A stretch of DNA of 64,000 bases, from the sequence record NC_048747.1, one strand, 5' to 3'. Numbering within the stretch: position 1 is the first letter of the stretch; each line of letters begins with the position of its first letter. Positions 17,589 to 29,100 of the stretch are shown here, one piece after another. The notes under the pieces were generated by a model, which was not told where the DNA came from, did not search any database, and saw only the letters and a program-made list of their open reading frames with translations. The position numbers and the translations under genes were made by a program.

Positions 17589-18958
17589 TGCTTTTAGAAC
17601 ACGATGTGTTTGGTGGGGAAAGTTTCTACGAACCCACCGTATCTTTATTCAACGATCAACCGTACCAGTCCCAGGATGAATTCCTGATCGACGGTATGGA
17701 ATCCTTGATTCCTAACTTTAACTATAAACGTGACAACGCTATCCTGGACGTTTGTGAGCACTTTGGTCGTGACCTAGTTATCGACGTTAAGTGGGCGACT
17801 CGTCTTAAACGTTACATGTTTAACTTCACTACTCGTAAAGTCGGGATTACCGACTACGGGGATTTCTTTGGATCTCCTTATCTCGGATTGCAAAAGATCA
17901 CATTCACTACTGCTGACCGCAACGAATGGTTTACGGACATTTGGGATGTGGACGAAGAAGAGTTAAAAGAGAGTCTCCATGAATGTAAGTGGGTGAACAA
18001 AGACTGGGCCGTAACCGGTGACGTCTTTAACTTAACCATCCCTTATTTGCTTTGGAAGATCCAATACTCTAAACAACTCCCAGCCGGTATGAAACGTGAA
18101 GCACAAATCATGGTTCTCTTTATGTACCATTGTAAGTGTATCACTTCTATGATTCATAACGATTATAAGTACCTGGCGAAGCCTGAGATCGTTTATGAGA
18201 CGTATAACCGCCTTAGCCTGAAGTACGACATTAAAAAGTATGAAAGCTGGCGAGCGTTGTTCCTAGCGCGTGCTGAGTACATCCTCAGTCCAACCACTGG
18301 GATACACTACAAAACGTTCATGAACATGAATGACGATAAGAAAATCATTTACATGGTAGGTGATATTCAAGACCGTCTTCGTGGTTTGGTGAACGATATC
18401 AACAAAGTGTTCCATGACGTGAAAAACCGAACTAACATCATGCAGCTTGATAAAGCTCAAGTCAACATGGAAGAAGGGATGACCGTCAAGGAGATCACTA
18501 AGCAGGTTAACGTTTATAAGAACTACGCCAAAACCGTCCTTACCGCACCTACTGGTTTCTATAAAGAAGAGTTGGCAGACGTCATCACCAAAAAGATCGA
18601 CAATGCTCCTAAGGATAAGTTAGAACGTATTCTTAAAGAGTTCCCGGGTAACTACCAAGCTCGTAATAAGCGCGGTGAGTATTATCAGGAATTCGTTGAC
18701 GAAGTACTAACTCACTTATTTGAGTACTTAAACTCCAACCGTATTCGTCAAACAAACCTTCGTGAGGTTATTACTCGTATGGCGGGAACTTACGCTTCAC
18801 CTCGTAACCAGAATGAATCTATTCTGAAAATGCGAGCCATGGGTGACGACATCGTTCAGGACCTTACAGGCATCCGTACTCGTGTGACTTACTCTGCGTT
18901 ACGTACTGCTCTGATGTTGTACATCGTACTGCGTGTGTTAACCAAAGACCGTGTTTAA
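17588..18958 (+). CDS. phiKZ gp32-like virion structural protein
   Basis: LVIDVKWATRLKRY...FFGSPYLGLQKITFTTADRNEWFTDI resembles the recalled gp32 family pattern. Confidence 0.65.
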   Translation: MLLEHDVFGGESFYEPTVSLFNDQPYQSQDEFLIDGMESLIPNFNYKRDNAILDVCEHFGRDLVIDVKWATRLKRYMFNFTTRKVGITDYGDFFGSPYLGLQKITFTTADRNEWFTDIWDVDEEELKESLHECKWVNKDWAVTGDVFNLTIPYLLWKIQYSKQLPAGMKREAQIMVLFMYHCKCITSMIHNDYKYLAKPEIVYETYNRLSLKYDIKKYESWRALFLARAEYILSPTTGIHYKTFMNMNDDKKIIYMVGDIQDRLRGLVNDINKVFHDVKNRTNIMQLDKAQVNMEEGMTVKEITKQVNVYKNYAKTVLTAPTGFYKEELADVITKKIDNAPKDKLERILKEFPGNYQARNKRGEYYQEFVDEVLTHLFEYLNSNRIRQTNLREVITRMAGTYASPRNQNESILKMRAMGDDIVQDLTGIRTRVTYSALRTALMLYIVLRVLTKDRV

Positions 18959-18967
18959 TTTTACTAT

Positions 18968-18993
18968 CGTAGGGAGTCTATAGACTCCCTACG
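18968..18993 (+). terminator. Terminator (perfect 26-bp palindrome)
   Basis: cgtagggagtctatagactccctacg followed by TTTTATT. Confidence 0.8.
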
Positions 18994-19016
18994 TTTTATT
19001 AAGGATTTTTTAAGTT

Positions 19017-19640
19017 GTGAATAAAGTAATTGCATTCGAAGGTTTGGACTACGCTGGCAAATCGACTATGATCGAAAAGATCTTAGGGAAGATGAAGGCG
19101 GATGGTCTACATCGCCCTGTGTTGCTCGCAGAGCCTCGTAAAGACTCTGAGGAATGGAAGACTATTCGTAAGATGGTTATCTCTCCTACGATCCCTAAAG
19201 TGGCTCAGATCCACATGAGTGTTGCTCAACGTGCTGCTCTGTATCAAGAAGTTGTTAATCCAGCTTTAAAACAAGGTCAGCGTGTCATTACTGATCGTTG
19301 CTTGTTAACGTCCATGGTTTACCAGCAAGATGAAAACCATTGTGCTAATGACATTTTGTTTGCTAACGTACAAGCCGGTCGTCACCTAACGAAAAACGTA
19401 GTTCCGGACATCATCGTTTATTTAGAAATCGATCACCCGACTTACATGGAACGATTGGGTAAAGACCGTGAAGAAACAGAAGCGATTGAAACACACATCA
19501 GTGACCCTCATGTATTCCGTAAGTTCCAAGACGACTACCAAAGTGGTCTACGTCTATTGAGATTAACTTCGAATGTCAAAGTGATCCAGTCTAACGACCC
19601 AGACGAAGTTTACAAAGAACTAAAACGTTACGGTATGTAA
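19017..19640 (+). CDS. tmk: Thymidylate (dTMP) kinase
   Basis: P-loop FEGLDYAGKST, EP motif, ITDRCLLTSMVYQ lid motif, PDIIVYL. Confidence 0.92.
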   Translation: MNKVIAFEGLDYAGKSTMIEKILGKMKADGLHRPVLLAEPRKDSEEWKTIRKMVISPTIPKVAQIHMSVAQRAALYQEVVNPALKQGQRVITDRCLLTSMVYQQDENHCANDILFANVQAGRHLTKNVVPDIIVYLEIDHPTYMERLGKDREETEAIETHISDPHVFRKFQDDYQSGLRLLRLTSNVKVIQSNDPDEVYKELKRYGM

Positions 19641-19776
19641 ACTTTTACTCGAGTGTTTCATTATATGTGCGAACAAGGTTTGGAAAGTGTAGCACATGAT
19701 AACTCCTCTTTTTGGTAAGGTAGTCTTGTGTTAAGTTATTTGGCGGTAACTTAAGCTCCAGCAAGACAACAAAAGT

Positions 19777-19812
19777 TATAACTCCTACCTCCCTAGGGAG
19801 GTAGGAGTTATA
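19777..19812. terminator. Bidirectional terminator, perfect 36-bp palindrome
   Basis: tataactcctacctccct|agggaggtaggagttata between convergent tmk and terL. Confidence 0.85.
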
Positions 19813-19824
19813 TTTGCATTTTAC

Positions 19825-22800
19825 TTAACGACGATATCCCTTGCGTTTATTTTCCAGTGTGCGTTTATTGCGTTCTGCCTCGGCTTGACGTTTAATGTCA
19901 TCGATCGTAATCGATTTACGAACGTCATCTGGCACCATGTCACGTAAACGCTCTAACGCTACCTCAAGACGAGCGACGATAATAGGGTCGTCACACTCCA
20001 TCAGCTTAGCACTGACCTCATCGATTTTTTGTCGATAGAAGGCGATACGTTTTTGTTTCACTGGATCAGACAGTTCCTTCTTAGTCTCACCAAGACGTAA
20101 CATATTTACGTTACTCAAAGCAATACCTGGAGGTATGTCGTATTCGTTCTTGTTCTCACCCAACTTAATGAACCAGTAAGTTAGCAACCAGCTGATTACG
20201 ATATCATCGTGATTACCAGCTTCGTGATCAATACGTCCATTCTTAATCTTCAAGTTAGTTAACTCGTCGATCAGTTTGGTGTAGTTGGTGCAAGACCCTG
20301 TCAAACTTACCGCTTCTTCTAAGAACCCGTACATGGTTTCACGTGACTTAGCGCCAGTATTGAAACCAAAGAACTCTTTGTATTTCAAATAGAACACGTC
20401 GTTACGGTTACCAAACGCTCGTGCTTTAATATCACGATAGTGGTTTTGGTACTTCATTGGGTCTTGGTAGATACGGTTGTAGATCTTCTTAAATGGATCC
20501 AGTCCCATGGCAGGTAATGATTGCAGTAACTGATCGATCATGTGGTGAGCGTAGTTACGTTCTGGTATCAATAACGAGTTAGGAAGCTCCATGAGCAACG
20601 TTTGGACCACCATTCCTACCTCGGTTAGGAAAGCACGTTGATAACGCCCTACGCCCGCTACAGAGCCGTCTCGGATGTCTCGCACCACAATAGTACAAGC
20701 ATCTCGACCTACCGCACCAGAAGTATCCAAACCAATTAAGTAGAAAGTGGAGTTTTTACCACCGCTCATGATCTCGGCATGTTCTTCTTCACTAATGAAC
20801 CAGTCAAAGAACAAAGATGTTCCGGAGATTTGCTGACTCCAGCTACGACCACGTTTGGCGTCGTTCAGAGCATCTCGAGTTTCATCGTCGAATAGTTTAC
20901 CTTTGCCGTTATCGTCCCACATCAACAGCAAGTCGATCTTAGCCTCACTGAGTGATAGCTTAAGTTCATCGATGGTTTTCTTAACCCAGTCTTTGTTCTT
21001 ACCAAGCTGTAGATAGTTGAAGACCATCCCTACTGAAGGACTGGTAGTTGCTTTAGGTGCGTTTTTCAACAACACATCGTACAAGTGAGATTCCCCGTAA
21101 GTATCGAAATAGTTTTCACGCCATTCCGTAGACTCCATGAGGATGTTGTACATGTACTGTCCGGACTCTGTTAAGATACTGGCAGGTGTTGTGATAAACC
21201 CTGTGGCGTAAGGTTCATTTAATCGTCGAGCATTCTCACGAGCTGTCAACGTAGATGGACCAGCACCGTTGAGGATTTCTTCCATCCACTTAATGTACGC
21301 AGGCTCATCTATGAAACGAGACTTGATGGTTAAACCACGACCAACGTTCCGTGCAGCTTCTTGACCAATCTGAGGAACCGAGATAGTCAGTTTGTTTTTA
21401 ACCTCGTCACCAAACGCCGAATACGTTAACGAGTTACCCGCATCTTTATCTCGGTAAGTGACGTTAGTCATCCAAGCCGGGATGTTGTTTCGGATACCTT
21501 TAATCGCATCAACGAATTGTTGTCGGTTATCGTCTTTCAGTGTGATGAGGTGAGACTCGTAAGCACGCCCAGAGATATACGTTAACCAGAAGAAGATACA
21601 TTGTGCGGTAACGGTATTGTGGGTCACAATGTAATCGTCAGTGACATACAAATGACTCGGGTGATCGATCTCTATACAAAGAGCTTCTTCATCACAAGCG
21701 TATTCGATGGAAGTGATCTCTAATTGGGTAGGTCTTGCCACACCTTTAGAGTTGTGTCTCAACATCGTTTTCTTATGTTGAACAGAAACTAACAAATCCA
21801 AAGCCGGGTCATTAATCTCTAGACATGTGCCGTCTTCACTCGTATAAACCACACCACCTACTGAACGAATGAGTTCAGTCAGGCGAACGTTGAATTCTAC
21901 GTCGTCATTTACCCACAACAGATTACCGGTAGGAGTCACTTCCCCGTGAGCGTCCATTAAACCCTGTACAAGCTCCACACGCTGTACATAGGAAGCAGTG
22001 AGGTATTCGTCCGGGATTGTTTTGCCGGTCACGATAGGTTTGTCGTGGAGACTCAGGATGTGGTCTAGTTTCTGACGAACTATCGGGTCTTGGTTACCAA
22101 TCTTAGTTAACGCCCCAGTTATTCCATTACCACCCAAGATCATTCCTAACAACCAAGGATGAACTGGTAGTTTAACGTCGGTCTTATGTTCTGGGTAAGC
22201 GATAGGGATACTACATTTACGACCTTTACATAAATCGGCAATCAGTTCCCGAGTACTAACGATCTTCCAACTACTCTTACCCCAATCAAACACTTTCCAT
22301 AAATGATCGAGCCCTGCTTTAACTTTCCGACCATCTTCCATCGTCACCCAATATAGGGACTTCACCCCTTGAGGATAAACCCCTTTAACTTTTACTGGGT
22401 CACCGTTTGAAGCTAAAACGATGTCACCTGGTTTAAGATCACCATTCCTAACCCATCCATCCATGGTTTTTACTTTAGCGTCAACTGATAACTCTTTACC
22501 TTGCTGACGAGGAAGGATTAACATAGTGGTCAGATGGTTCAACCAACACCATGCGAAAGAGATGTTAGCACGGTTAGCACGGAAACGAATACCACCGTTT
22601 AGGTGACACACCTCTCTCAGGAAATACCAGAAGTTCTCTTGCATTTCTTTCATGATCATCAGACGTTGATCGTCAGTCAAGTCTGGAGAACGAGGATCCA
22701 CTCCAACCAACATTGGGTTATTAAGCTGTAAGTGGAAAGCACAGTTCTTGATCCCCATACGACGGAATACATCCATGGTACGGATAAAGGATTTATTGGA

Positions 22801-23037
22801 AGTCGTTAAATCTGGTCTGGCACGGTATCGTTCAAAGTCCTTCATGAATCGCACAGTCTTTAAAGAACTCAAGGAATCTTCTTCCCAGTGTGCCTTCAAT
22901 AACTCTTCCCAGTTACGTTCTGGTACATCGTCCGAAGGTTCATCCACTAACTGAGTAGGGAGTGTTTCTTTTTCTATACTTAGGTATTTTAAAACTTGTT
23001 CTTGTTCGTTGAAATTAAATTCTAATTTGGCACCCAT
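19825..23037 (-). CDS. terL: Terminase large subunit containing an intein
   Basis: FWYFLRE...PRQQGK|TVT Walker A split by intein; GRGLT...FIDEPAY Walker B; ITTPAS; IGLDTSGAVGRD and HDDIVISWL RuvC-like nuclease motifs. Confidence 0.93.
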   Translation of the reverse strand: MGAKLEFNFNEQEQVLKYLSIEKETLPTQLVDEPSDDVPERNWEELLKAHWEEDSLSSLKTVRFMKDFERYRARPDLTTSNKSFIRTMDVFRRMGIKNCAFHLQLNNPMLVGVDPRSPDLTDDQRLMIMKEMQENFWYFLREVCHLNGGIRFRANRANISFAWCWLNHLTTMLILPRQQGKELSVDAKVKTMDGWVRNGDLKPGDIVLASNGDPVKVKGVYPQGVKSLYWVTMEDGRKVKAGLDHLWKVFDWGKSSWKIVSTRELIADLCKGRKCSIPIAYPEHKTDVKLPVHPWLLGMILGGNGITGALTKIGNQDPIVRQKLDHILSLHDKPIVTGKTIPDEYLTASYVQRVELVQGLMDAHGEVTPTGNLLWVNDDVEFNVRLTELIRSVGGVVYTSEDGTCLEINDPALDLLVSVQHKKTMLRHNSKGVARPTQLEITSIEYACDEEALCIEIDHPSHLYVTDDYIVTHNTVTAQCIFFWLTYISGRAYESHLITLKDDNRQQFVDAIKGIRNNIPAWMTNVTYRDKDAGNSLTYSAFGDEVKNKLTISVPQIGQEAARNVGRGLTIKSRFIDEPAYIKWMEEILNGAGPSTLTARENARRLNEPYATGFITTPASILTESGQYMYNILMESTEWRENYFDTYGESHLYDVLLKNAPKATTSPSVGMVFNYLQLGKNKDWVKKTIDELKLSLSEAKIDLLLMWDDNGKGKLFDDETRDALNDAKRGRSWSQQISGTSLFFDWFISEEEHAEIMSGGKNSTFYLIGLDTSGAVGRDACTIVVRDIRDGSVAGVGRYQRAFLTEVGMVVQTLLMELPNSLLIPERNYAHHMIDQLLQSLPAMGLDPFKKIYNRIYQDPMKYQNHYRDIKARAFGNRNDVFYLKYKEFFGFNTGAKSRETMYGFLEEAVSLTGSCTNYTKLIDELTNLKIKNGRIDHEAGNHDDIVISWLLTYWFIKLGENKNEYDIPPGIALSNVNMLRLGETKKELSDPVKQKRIAFYRQKIDEVSAKLMECDDPIIVARLEVALERLRDMVPDDVRKSITIDDIKRQAEAERNKRTLENKRKGYRR
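21616..22494 (-). mobile_element. Intein (293 aa, class 3-like) with degenerate LAGLIDADG domain, in terL Walker A
   Basis: Starts ELSVDAKVKTMDGW, block B AGLDHLW, block F ALCIEI, ends YIVTHN|T; LAGLIDADG remnants LGMILGGNG and GLMDAHG. Confidence 0.9.
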
Positions 23038-23080
23038 GATAACTCCTTGCTTAATGGCTAGGGTCTATACGATGCATAAA

Positions 23081-23112
23081 TAACCGAGTAGGGCGTGAGC
23101 CCTACTCGGTTA
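23081..23112 (-). terminator. Terminator after 2549-aa gene
   Basis: taaccgagtagggc/gccctactcggtta stem. Confidence 0.85.
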
Positions 23113-23125
23113 TAGTTAGTTATAA

Positions 23126-26100
23126 TTAAGTGATAGTGATTTGTTTCACTTCGTACCCAGTCAATGTGAAGAACACAATTTCGTGTGTACCTGGTGATAG
23201 ATCACCAATGATGTTCAGATAATGGTCACCAGACGCTGAGAACAGATACACGAACTTCTGGTTGGCCTTAACATACACACCACCATGAGGAGCCTTCCAG
23301 CTATCCATAGTGTCCGGCGTATCGTCTTGGTTCACAAACGTTGCTGAGAACTCCAACGTAGAACCTGCTGGTAGTGTCGTTGGAACTGTCAATACACTGA
23401 ACTTACTTGGAGTTGGTTTCTTAGCCCAAACAACAGGAATCTTCAGTTCATGACCGTTCGATTCTGCGTACAACCAAGTGCGGTTAACGCCTTCAGGTTG
23501 AGGGATGTCAAACTCAGCAATACCGTAAGTGCCAGTGGTAACTTCGTAATGAGAAGTACCAGACTTCTCACCCAACCACACTTTAACTACGGCACCATTG
23601 ATCGGAGTAAACGCGTCGTCTGTTAGACCAAACGCCACCTTCAAGTTCTGACCATCCAGACCCTTACCTTGAGCGTAAGCCAAAGTACGTAGTCCAGTAG
23701 CATTACCAGAGAAGATGTTAAACGTTTCACCTACCGCACCCGCAGACATACCAATTAAGTGTTTGCCCTTAGTAAAGTAAGCTGGTCTCACATACTCACC
23801 GTCGATGTTGTACCAGTAGTTCATTTGAGGATCATCAAAGTCCTTAACCGAAATACCTTCCACACCGTTACTCACTACGTCGCCGTTCTGGTCAATCACT
23901 TCAGCCTTGAATGCTTGGTACTCTTCCTCAGTCCATACGGTTGGGAAGAATGTTTCACCAAAGCTTTCGCCTAACACCATATCAGCGGCCACCCAATGGA
24001 AGTCGAACGGCACTTGATTACCGTCGTATTCCACTATGTAGTGGTAAACCCCCGGTGTTGTTTGTGCCGGTAAGTCGAACGCAGCTAATCCCTTATCATC
24101 AGTGACTAGGGTCTGTTTAACCCCTTCCTTACCAACTTCCCAAACGTTAAGTGTTTTACCAACAGTAGGGGTCATGTTAGCAGCTGAATAACAACCGAAC
24201 ATCGCAACCGCTGTTTGATCTACTCGGTTAACCACAGTAGAGCCCGGTACCAAGTTCAATACATCGTCGCCTTCCACAATGAAGGTTGATACAGTGCCAA
24301 GTTCTTTGTAGTTAGCAAACACACGCCAAGTATGTAAACCTGGGTCGAGTGGACGAGATATTTCAACCTGATGTACTTCACCCTCTGTTCTAGTACCGAG
24401 TAGTTCTTTATTGGTAGCGTCATAAATAGTTGTCATACCGGTCGCGTTCCAATCACGGTATTGGTCGTCAACCACACGGAGACCCGTTTTAACATTCATG
24501 TCTGACGTCACCGCAAGACCACCATTACTCATGGTCGGAGATAGTACTATCTGTGTAGGTACTATCAACTCAAAAGGATCACTTTCGGTCACCTCTACTA
24601 CCTTAGCAATTTGGTAGTAATCCATGTAAGCGTCAGTGTACTGCATAAAGCGATGTCTGCCAGCTGGCGGGTTAAGGTTATAGATGAAGTTGGTATTATC
24701 CAACATACCCGGTTTCAGGTCGTACGTCTCCCTAGTCACGAGGTCGTAGATACCAATCTTCACATTACTAACGTCAGCGATCGGTTGACCGTTAAAGTCA
24801 GTTAACTTAACCAAACCATTTATTCCCCGATCGACACTGGTTGAGCTTGGGTAATAGACGTCAGTTAATTTAGCACCCACTGGGTCGCTAGTTCTGACGA
24901 TGGTATGCTGGGTTGTTAACCCTTCAGCTCTAATACGCAGCTCGATAGTAGTGCTGTTACGAAGCTGAATACGAACATCAACGTGACCATCTGCATCTGT
25001 ACGATCCAACGAACCATAGTTCCAACGTGTGTCGGCATCTCCCTTGTATTCGAAGTTGATTGACACATTAGGCATCGGGTTACCTTCCTCATCCAACAAG
25101 TAGTATAACACTCGTGTATGATTCTGTCCCTCAGGAATGTAATCGTGTGTAGGTGGGGCAAACGCCAAAGTCTTAAACTTAGGAGGACCTGCCCAAAGCG
25201 CCACATGATCACAACCGTTACTAAACTCGTCTTCCAGCCAAACATCAAACTTAACTTCTTTATTCGGTGTTGGGATGTCGACTGTCCAAGTGCCATCTGG
25301 GGAAACTGTGAACTCTTTCACTCCTATTTCCACACCTTCAGAATGGACACGTGCTTTCAGTTTAACTACCTCGTCGCCTACCACAATCATCTCACCGTAA
25401 GTGTCCTTCACAGTACCAGAAAGTGTGATAGTTGAGTCGTAAGGGATTCCCTCAGTGAAGTTAGGTTGATTAAACTTAATGTCACCCGCCTTGAACTTAG
25501 TGCCCATGTTCCACTTAGGAGCAATCTCAGTGAACTTACCACGGAACCCAAATAGGTCTTTTCGGTTAGGGTCAAATCGCTCAGGACCACTACCCACTTT
25601 AAAGTTACCGAAAGAGTCCGTAAAGGTCTGAGTTCTGAACCCGGTGTTAGGACGGTAGTATGTCACCATTTCCCCTGCGATCGGATTGCCGTGTTGGTCC
25701 AACACTTTACCCATAAAGACTGCTTCCATCTCTGGGTGAAGGAACGACGGATAGTTGTGCCACGCGAACGTTGAAACTACTGGTGTCGTATCCCCAGACT
25801 CGGCTGGGTAGATCGGGCTAGAGTCTGAAGCGTCAGTGGTAACACAGTAAAGCGAATTGTGCCCACGCGCTTGTTCCCACGTTACTTCAGCCCAAGCATG
25901 TCCCTTCTCGTTAGTGACTGCACTATCTATCAGTTCGCCGTCCGCACTGTCAAATCGGAATTCAACAGTCGCACCTTCAACTGGTCTACCGTACATATCA
26001 GTGTAGAAAGCCGACATGCGACCACTTTGGTACTCGTGGATTTTCTGGATAGTGAGGTTGCTCATAGACAACAGAGGTGTGGTTTTACACATAACTTCTG

Positions 26101-29100
26101 CGCTATCAAAACCCGTACCGTTGACTGCAATCAGTTTAACCAAACCTGGGTACAACCAAGGACTTACTGAGAACGTACCATCCGGACCTGTGTCAACGTA
26201 ATCTTCCTGATAGTACGGACTATTAGGTGTTTGGTAATACACGTAAACCGTCACACCAGGAATGCCGTTCCCTTCACCATCCACAACTTTACCAGTGACA
26301 GGATAACCTTCGTCTTCTGTAGCCTCGTTAGTTAATGTGTCCAGAACAACAGTGCCTAGGTTAGCCCTACCGTCATCACTCCAGTCCACGGATTGATTAC
26401 TACTTACAGCATTACCGCAACTTACTTGGAATTTCAAATAAGTGTCTACCGGCTGCCCAGGAATAACCACTTTACCCACACCATTCGCGTCCGTCTTGTA
26501 GACCTCATTGAATTCAAATCCTTCAGTGACACTCTCCACACGGAACTCGATGTTAGGGATAGGACTATCGTTAAAGTCTTGCGCAGTTACCAGCATGATT
26601 GCCGAGTCGCCTGACTTAACCCAATCATTGACATGGAATACGTCAACAGACTTAACAGCCACATGTTCGGACGAAGTGGTGTTGATTGCCTTAGACATGT
26701 CTTCACTTGCCAAAACATATGACTCCGGACCAACCCCTTTACTAAACCAAGGGACAGTAACCAACCCAGTTGGACCAATTAAGTTGTCACGATGTTGGTA
26801 ACGTCCGCTTTGAGCAAGTACGTGAACAACTTCACCATCATTAGGTGTGTAGTTGCTACCGTCAGCTTCCTTCAATTGATAAGTGACCTCGGGGCTACCA
26901 TCAAACGCTAACGTTTCACTGTACCCACTTACAATCTCAGCAGACGCCGGCATCTTCTTGTATTCAACTACATGTTTGGCTAAACCGTTGGCACTGTAAA
27001 CAATGATCGGGTTCTTGCCAAGTTGGATGTCACTCAACCAAGGTTCAATGCGGCCGTCTGACTTACTGGTTCCACCAACACGCTGACGATTACGAACATC
27101 ATAAACGTAGTAAGAGACACTATTAGCCGGTGTTCCGTTTTGGTCATACATCATGCCGTTCATGAACACCGAGGCATCGGAATCCACAGTTGCCGGTGGA
27201 TCGATGAATCTCAGATCGATGTAGCGGGACACTGAGGTATCCACCCAAGGACCAGTATGGTAAGTGGTGCTTTGACCACATCGTGGTCTGACGAATAGGT
27301 GTGACTCAGTGCCAACACGCTCATACATCGCATCAAAGAAACCAAACTCATCCGTCTCACCTTCAGCGTAAACATTACCGTGGCCGTCTTCTAAGGTAAC
27401 GTAGATGCCTGAAACGATTCCATCCTTAGCTTCGTTCTCTACTAACGCGCCAGTTAATACAGGATAGCCGATAACCGGATTACTTAGTGTGTAAGGAGCT
27501 ACTGAAACTTGAGGGTTGACAACAAGATCAGCCGTCATTGAGAACAACACGTCGCTACCGATACGGAACTCATAAGTTTCAGTCGGTTTAGGTACACCCC
27601 AGCTAGTCTCCCAACGAATATTCGCGGTACCATCAATATCAACAAACCCACTACCCACGCTTTGACCACCTGAGTTGTAAACCACGACCTTATGGGATTT
27701 GGTAATTTGTGTGATAGGACCATTAGCGTCATTCAAGGACACTGATGAGTAAAGAAGTGCCCCCGCCGGGTATTTCTTAGCTTGGAAGCTATCGTAGTTC
27801 AGTTCAGTTGGAACCACTGGTGTGACTGCTCCCCACGTGATGGTGAATTCGTGGCGAGCGTTCTGAGTGTAGATTACTGCGTTATAAGTGCCGTCAGGTA
27901 ACGCTTCTTCAATCACACCAACTGAACGACCCTTGTAGAAGTCGGACATTGTGTAAAGTGTACGGTTTAACTCTTTAACGTAGATCTCTAAGTATCGGTT
28001 ACTGTCTGAGATCTCTTCCTCAGTCTCACTGACGTTTTCCCAAACTTCAGTGGAGTAAGCTGAGTATTCACCACTTTCCGTAACAGGTATGGACTTAAAG
28101 TCTCTCAGACTAGTTACGATGGCGTCACGCCAATGAACATAGATCTTAGCTTCCCCAACCGCGTCTTTAGGACCCGGGTTAACACGAGTAGCACCCCAAC
28201 CGTGGGTACCGGTTCCGGCAGGTGTGGTAACTGGATATTCCACAATACCGAATTCATCTGTAACTAATGTTGCGATGACTTCGTCAGACCCACCTTCGTA
28301 AACCCTAACCCAGGAGTTACCGATTAGTTTATCGACTTCTAAACCTAAGTAGCGAATCTCAACAGTTTCACCAGGAACACCTAAGTTATTTTCATCGACA
28401 ACGTTGAAGGCAACCAATGCATCTGATTCAGGGAATGCATTTGAAGAAGAGTAAGGGACTCGTTCTACATTTCGAGTAGGTCGTTTAACCGCGTTTACGG
28501 TAAACTCTTTGAAACCAGCTTCAGTGTAGATAACGTAATCTTGCTCACCTTCCTCAACACCCGTAGTGATGTTAAGCTCCCCAGTACGGTCCATCCCAAG
28601 CGGGATGATTTCACCGGTACTCTTGCGATAAGCCATGACGTTAAGACCGTATCGTCCCAAAGCATAAAGCTGAGGAGATTCCTCGTTAACTTCATTACCC
28701 ATCTGATCAAGCGTGCGAACATTAAACGTTGTTTGTTCCTCTGTCGCCACAAAGTCAGGAATTCCGACTGTAATGTCACAACCGGCTTGCTTCTCAGTCC
28801 ACATTAGTTCTAACACATGCTCCTGGTCACCAGACTGAGCATAAGCTTTACGAACTAAGTTCCCTTCTTCGTAAGGTGCGGTGAAATGCACGATGCCGTA
28901 TTTGTCAGTGGTTAGGTTGAAATCAGCATTACCTGTTTTATCATCCAGCCAGACCTGAACGATAGAACCAACCACTGGGTTAAGTTCCGCGTCCAGTAAA
29001 CGCCAGCCACTGACTAAAGAACGACCAGCCACACTAGTACCCTGGGCGTAAGGAAGTGGATTTAACCCTTCTACCTTACCAACGACCACTTCTTTTTCAG

